Shown here piece by piece: positions 34,698 to 38,651 of a stretch of 38,651 nucleotides of DNA (positions are counted from its first letter, which is position 1; each line of letters starts with the position of its first letter). Source of the DNA: Bifidobacterium breve (GTDB lineage Bacteria; Actinomycetota; Actinomycetes; S36-B12); the NCBI GenBank assembly GCA_945885645.1, contig CAMCYV010000001.1, forward strand, positions 1-38,651. Reading direction: 5' to 3'. The translations under genes were made by a program, and so were the position numbers. The notes under the pieces were generated by a model. It saw only the letters and a list, made by a program, of their open reading frames with translations. It was not told the origin of the DNA and did no database searches.

Positions 34698-35462
34698 TTA
34701 GAACTGGGTTCGAACGGTCATGCCGCCGTCGCACACAACGTTGGTGCCCACGCAGTAACCCATGACCGGACTTGCCAAACCGACGATAACCGCGGCGATC
34801 TCGCTGGGCTTGCCCATATGTCCCAATGGAATTGATGCAAGAACTTTTTCGTATACCTCGGGACGACCGGACTTGATTTTGCTCCAGTCGCCCTCTTCGA
34901 AATAGACGGGTCCGGGTGAAACAGTGTTCACGCGGATCCCCTTGGGAGCGAGGGCGTGCGCGGCGGCGGAAGCATGCCGAACAATTGCCGCTTTGAAAGC
35001 ACCGTAGGAATTGGGGGAACTGGGCCATACGTTGTCAAAGCCAAAAGTTGAGGACAGCGCGATGATCGAACCGCCGCCAGCAGCTTCAAGGATGGGTGTG
35101 GCTTCGTCGATCAGGTGGACCAACGGAAGAAGGTCAAGTTCGAGGCTCTGCTGCCACTGCTCAGGACCTTTAATTGAGCCACCGGTGACATTGGACACCA
35201 AGATGTCAAGCCCACCGAGGTTCTCGGCCGCATCACGGATGAATCCTTTGAGTTGGTCTTCCTTGCTCACGTCAATTGCGCGAGCGAACACCGTAACTCC
35301 AGCGCCGCGTAATTCGGCGGCAAAAGCCTCAACGGCTTCTTCGTTGCGGGCGCAAAATGCTACGGATGCACCCTCGGCGGCTAGAAGTTCAACAGTAGCG
35401 CGACCAATACCGCGGGTACCACCGGTTACAAGAGCACGTTTTCCAGTAAGACCAAGATCCAT
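34698..35462 (-). CDS. SDR family oxidoreductase
   Basis: TGGTRGIGRAT, YGAFKAA and a PG motif. First gene of a six-gene minus-strand string. Confidence 0.9.
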   Translation of the reverse strand: MDLGLTGKRALVTGGTRGIGRATVELLAAEGASVAFCARNEEAVEAFAAELRGAGVTVFARAIDVSKEDQLKGFIRDAAENLGGLDILVSNVTGGSIKGPEQWQQSLELDLLPLVHLIDEATPILEAAGGGSIIALSSTFGFDNVWPSSPNSYGAFKAAIVRHASAAAHALAPKGIRVNTVSPGPVYFEEGDWSKIKSGRPEVYEKVLASIPLGHMGKPSEIAAVIVGLASPVMGYCVGTNVVCDGGMTVRTQF

Positions 35463-35506
35463 GATGTTCCATTCTTTGGGGTGTTAGACACTTTTCGTGC
35501 CGAAGC

Positions 35507-35518
35507 TAGGATGTCCAT
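35507..35518. promoter_or_regulatory. Operator-like site TAGGATGTCCAT
   Basis: Lies in the divergent region between the six-gene SDR/ThuA/LLM string and the ferredoxin string. Confidence 0.35.
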
Positions 35519-35565
35519 GTTATCGGATCAGCGTGACAACATAAACTCGCTCTACTCCCATCGTG

Positions 35566-35610
35566 TTTCATCTCGCTACTTTTCATCAGTTCAATTTTCA
35601 TCATTTCACC
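35566..35610 (+). repeat. Phased direct repeats TTTCATC x3 (15-bp period) plus TTTCACC, abutting the ferredoxin RBS
   Basis: Copies at 35566-35572, 35581-35587 and 35596-35602, with a degenerate copy at 35604-35610. GGAGG at 35611-35615 and ATG at 35621. Confidence 0.6.
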
Positions 35611-35620
35611 GGAGGCGCCC

Positions 35621-35932
35621 ATGAATCACGTGACGGTACTCCCGCTTGGCCTCGAACTCGAGGTAGCAGAAAACCAGGCGGTCATGGAAGCAGCGCATCA
35701 AGCAGGTTATATCTGGCCCACCGAATGCCAGGGGGAAGCTTCCTGCGGCCTATGCGTCAGCATCATTCGTGAGGGCACCGAGAACTGCGCACCCATGCTT
35801 GATGAAGAACGGGAAACACTCGAGCGAACGATGGGCATGATTGATTCATCTCGGAGACTCGCCTGTCGTTTGTTAGTCACAGGCCCGGTGACCTTGACCA
35901 AGCGCGGCGTTCGCCAAAGTGAGGAGGCATAA
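35621..35932 (+). CDS. [2Fe-2S] ferredoxin, adrenodoxin/putidaredoxin-type Cys spacing
   Basis: CQGEASCGLC...(36 aa)...C gives C-x5-C-x2-C-x36-C, with LDEERETL....SSRRLAC as in vertebrate-type ferredoxins. GGAGG RBS. Confidence 0.8.
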   Translation: MNHVTVLPLGLELEVAENQAVMEAAHQAGYIWPTECQGEASCGLCVSIIREGTENCAPMLDEERETLERTMGMIDSSRRLACRLLVTGPVTLTKRGVRQSEEA

Positions 35933-35935
35933 AAG

Positions 35936-36814
35936 ATGAGCGAATCTACCGACCTTCATGCACTTGCCCAACGACTTGAACGGCTCGAGACAACCGAGGC
36001 TGCCCGATCAACTCTGTTTGCCTATGCGCAGGCGGTTGACACCCGAAATTGGTCGATGCTCGGCGGAGTTTTCAGCGAAGATGCCGTATGTGAAATGCCC
36101 GGTCTACTCCTCACCGGTCGCACCGCGATCGTAGAAGCGCTGCAGGGCATGCTGCCCACTGAATTCATTACCCGACACTTGATCGTGAACCCGCAAGTAA
36201 CGTGGACAGCACCCGGACGGGCCACTGTTCGCGCAACTGTCTACTACGCGCACGAGGGCAGTGGCTTTGAGGCAACCGGTTGGGGGGATTACACCGACGA
36301 GATAGTGGTTACTGACGGAATCGGCGTTATCACGCGTACGGTTTTCACACCGGCAGTGCATTTGCCGGGAAGTATCTCGAGCCTTGCCCCACGTGTGCAG
36401 CAACTTGAAACGGCCGAATTGGCTCGCGCGGTTTCATGGCGCTACGCGAACGCTGTCGACGCTCCAGACTTCGACTTGTTGAAAAGTGTCTTCACCGAAA
36501 ATGCTGTCCTAACAACAAGTAAAGGCTCGCGCACCGGTCGCGAGGAAGTACTCAAATATTACGCAACCGCGCTCACTGGTCCGGTAAAACGAAAGCACTT
36601 CTTGTTGAATCAGTCACTCACCCCACTCGGTCCTGATTTGGTCTTACTGGAGTCCTACTTTTTATACACATTCTCCGGCGAAGACACCTCCACCATTGGT
36701 TGGGGAAACTACGTAGATCGCATCCACATCATCGACGGTGTCGGTTACATCCAGGACAAACGGATTTCAGCGGACCTTCATGCTGACTCCCGTATTGGTT
36801 GGGCGCGTCCGTGA
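35936..36814 (+). CDS. Tandem double NTF2/SnoaL-like domain protein
   Basis: Two repeats of the same module: LERLETTEAARSTLFAYAQAVDTRNWSMLGGVFSEDAV and VQQLETAELARAVSWRYANAVDAPDFDLLKSVFTENAV. GAGGAGG RBS. Confidence 0.65.
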   Translation: MSESTDLHALAQRLERLETTEAARSTLFAYAQAVDTRNWSMLGGVFSEDAVCEMPGLLLTGRTAIVEALQGMLPTEFITRHLIVNPQVTWTAPGRATVRATVYYAHEGSGFEATGWGDYTDEIVVTDGIGVITRTVFTPAVHLPGSISSLAPRVQQLETAELARAVSWRYANAVDAPDFDLLKSVFTENAVLTTSKGSRTGREEVLKYYATALTGPVKRKHFLLNQSLTPLGPDLVLLESYFLYTFSGEDTSTIGWGNYVDRIHIIDGVGYIQDKRISADLHADSRIGWARP

Positions 36815-37500
36815 GTGATGCACTTAAAGCGCATAACAACCCGCCATACAACCTCGTATTGCTTGATCTCGACGGAACCGTGATTGATTCCGAACCTGGC
36901 GTGCAGGCTGCAGTGCGGCATGCACTCATCACCGGTTTTGGAATAACACCGACCAAAGACGAACTCGAAGAGTTTATGGGTCCACCGCTCTCTGACGTAC
37001 TACCGCGAATTTTTGGACTCAATGATCCAGCCGATGAAAAACTCTTCTTCGAGTTATTTTGCGCGGTGTACTTCCATGGCATGGAGTACGACTTTGATCT
37101 GTACCCGGGCATGCTCGATCTGGTCAATGACCTATTTGACGCCGGGGTCTCAATTGCCTTAGCAACATCTAAGCCCGCGGAATCCGCGGAGCGAATCTTG
37201 CAGCGCGCCAACATTGATCATCGCTTCACTTTCATAGCGGGATCCGCATCTGATGGTTCGCGTCAAAACAAGACCGATGTACTTGCACATGCCTTCACTC
37301 AGATGCAAGCAAGTGCTGCAACGCATCGAATTGTAATGGTGGGTGATCGCGCCATTGATCTACATGCCGCACAGGACCACGGAGTCGACAGCATTGCGGT
37401 CTACTGGGGATACGCACCGGAGAGTGAACTCGATGAATGCGCCGCAACCCATCGGGTAGTAAACGTTACAGAGCTAAGAAAGGTGCTGTTACCGGACTGA
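36811..37500 (+). CDS. HAD-superfamily hydrolase (phosphoglycolate phosphatase-like, subfamily IA)
   Basis: Motif I LLDLDGTVIDSE, motif II ATSK, motif IV MVGDRAIDL. I prefer GTG 36811 (GTGA overlap with the upstream stop) over the tracked TTG 36799. Confidence 0.8.
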   Translation: MSDALKAHNNPPYNLVLLDLDGTVIDSEPGVQAAVRHALITGFGITPTKDELEEFMGPPLSDVLPRIFGLNDPADEKLFFELFCAVYFHGMEYDFDLYPGMLDLVNDLFDAGVSIALATSKPAESAERILQRANIDHRFTFIAGSASDGSRQNKTDVLAHAFTQMQASAATHRIVMVGDRAIDLHAAQDHGVDSIAVYWGYAPESELDECAATHRVVNVTELRKVLLPD

Positions 37501-37516
37501 GTTGGTTGATCCCCGG

Positions 37517-38440
37517 CTAGCGAACAGCCGCGTCAAGTAATGGAGCAAGGCGATCAGGTATACCGATCCAATCTTGTGGAGAAACAATTGCAGGATCAAA
37601 GTTTGCATCGATTGAAACGGCGTCAACTCCTGCTGCAGCAGCGGCGGCCACCTCAACACACAACTCGTCCACACTGAGCGGACGCAGATTGGCCACGACC
37701 ACCGGTGGATCGGTGAACAGGTCCCAACACATTTTCAGAGGTGCTAGATGGGCCGGACGCATCGATGCGAGAAGGTCCATCTTTTCTAAATGCTGCTCAA
37801 GTGTCCCCGATGCCGGATTCCACCAGTCAAATTGTTCGGCGGTCCGCGCGAGCCCTACTTCCGATCGCATACCCGACATGAGTGGCGGGTGCGGTCGCTG
37901 GATTGGTTTAGGGTCAACATCAGATGCAGGAATGGAAAAAAACTCACCTTGGTGATTGACGGGATCAGGACCCCAGCAGGCTTTCATCGCGTCAATAAAT
38001 TCACCGGCGCGACGGCCCCTGGTCCGCGGGTCAACGTCATATTGCGCGTGCTCTTCATCGGACCAACCAACACTAAAACCGAAAATGGTTCGCCCACCCG
38101 AGAGGACATCCAGCGTTGTGATCCGCTGGGCTAGGTCAACCGGGCGGTTGTAACCGGCCACCAGAACGCTCGTTCCTAAAATGATTTCAGTAGTCCAACC
38201 CGCAACGACTGATAACAATTCAAGTGGCTGCAATACCGAACGATACGCCTGCGGAACAGCCAATCCCGGTCGCGCTGAGTAACCCGAGAGCACTTCGTGC
38301 GGATAGAACAGATGCTGTTGAACAAACAGGTGCCCAAACCCCAGTTCCTCCGCTCGCTCTGCAAAGCCGCGCACTGCACCAGCGTCAACGTTGGTGCCCA
38401 ACTGGGGCAGTGACAGGCCAACGCGCATGCGATCAATCAC
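37517..38440 (-). CDS. LLM-class (luciferase-like) flavin/F420-dependent oxidoreductase
   Basis: MRVGLSLPQLG...FAERAEELGFGHLFVQQHL. Start options are GTG 38440 (GTGA overlap with the upstream SDR stop), ATG 38428 and the tracked TTG 38446. Confidence 0.75.
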   Translation of the reverse strand: MIDRMRVGLSLPQLGTNVDAGAVRGFAERAEELGFGHLFVQQHLFYPHEVLSGYSARPGLAVPQAYRSVLQPLELLSVVAGWTTEIILGTSVLVAGYNRPVDLAQRITTLDVLSGGRTIFGFSVGWSDEEHAQYDVDPRTRGRRAGEFIDAMKACWGPDPVNHQGEFFSIPASDVDPKPIQRPHPPLMSGMRSEVGLARTAEQFDWWNPASGTLEQHLEKMDLLASMRPAHLAPLKMCWDLFTDPPVVVANLRPLSVDELCVEVAAAAAAGVDAVSIDANFDPAIVSPQDWIGIPDRLAPLLDAAVR

Positions 38441-38651
38441 GGCCAAAGACCGCCACCAACAGTGACGACTTCGCCATGCATGTAAGGAACTTCGTCACTG
38501 AGCAGCCAAGCGGCCGTTGCGGCGATTTCTTCCGGTTCTGCGTACCGACCCATAGGAACCGCAGCACTCATCGCGCCCTTGAATGTCGCTACGTCAATAC
38601 CCGCCAAGGCCGCTAGGCCTTCTTCGAGTGGGCGCATCATGCGCGTATCAA
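38437..38651 (-). CDS. SDR family oxidoreductase, C-terminal fragment (gene starts beyond the right edge)
   Basis: The open frame runs to the window edge. It ends ...PMGRYAEPEEIAATAAWLLSDEVPYMHGEVVTVGGGLWP, the typical SDR C-terminus. Confidence 0.6.
   Translation of the reverse strand, partial: DTRMMRPLEEGLAALAGIDVATFKGAMSAAVPMGRYAEPEEIAATAAWLLSDEVPYMHGEVVTVGGGLWP

Noticed and set aside
35563-35772. 69-aa ORF with an FH-repeat N-terminus overlapping the ferredoxin start
   Set aside because: It is an artefact of the TTTCATC direct repeats. It is out of frame with the ferredoxin, which has a clear RBS and Cys motif.
1-38651. Search for mobile elements, CRISPR arrays, toxin-antitoxin or phage-defence modules, and rRNA/tRNA genes
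   Set aside because: All ORFs over 200 aa have metabolic or transport motifs. Non-coding gaps are at most 206 bp and were read individually. I saw no repeat-spacer arrays, terminal inverted repeats, recombinase, nuclease or NTPase defence signatures.

Overview
The window is a gene-dense (about 95% coding) catabolic region. I saw no rRNA, tRNA, CRISPR, transposase, integrase or phage genes. The gene families present (F420-type LLM and PPOX enzymes, mycobacterial-style acyl-CoA dehydrogenases, SCP-x thiolase with DUF35, Rieske oxygenases, many SDRs) and the moderately high GC suggest an actinobacterium; that is inference only. I call 40 CDS (two run off the window edges), arranged as short operons radiating from six divergent promoter regions. 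Many gene junctions are 1-4 nt ATGA/GTGA/TAGTG overlaps, which suggests translational coupling. Contents: two tandem sugar-type ABC binding proteins, two acyl-CoA dehydrogenases, a thiolase-like/DUF35 pair, an MDR reductase, an E1alpha/E1beta/E2 2-oxoacid (acetoin/pyruvate-type) dehydrogenase set without E3, an ABC ATPase plus permease, a divergent PPDK-like protein, a FadH/OYE-like flavoprotein, two Rieske oxygenases, an adrenodoxin-type ferredoxin, NTF2/SnoaL proteins, two ThuA-like proteins, two LLM oxidoreductases, and SDRs, an esterase, a HAD hydrolase and phosphatases. Most interesting: (1) two paralogous swivel-histidine proteins that look like rifampin-phosphotransferase-type enzymes lacking the ATP-grasp head, bracketing a Rieske oxygenase and a histidine-phosphatase-fold gene; (2) a PPDK-like gene with canonical His/PEP domains but a strongly divergent nucleotide-binding domain, coupled to an unknown 204-aa ORF; (3) a palindromic TAGGA-NN-TCC motif recurring in most intergenic regions, suggesting one regulon. 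All homology statements are by-eye motif recognition from memory. No searches were run.
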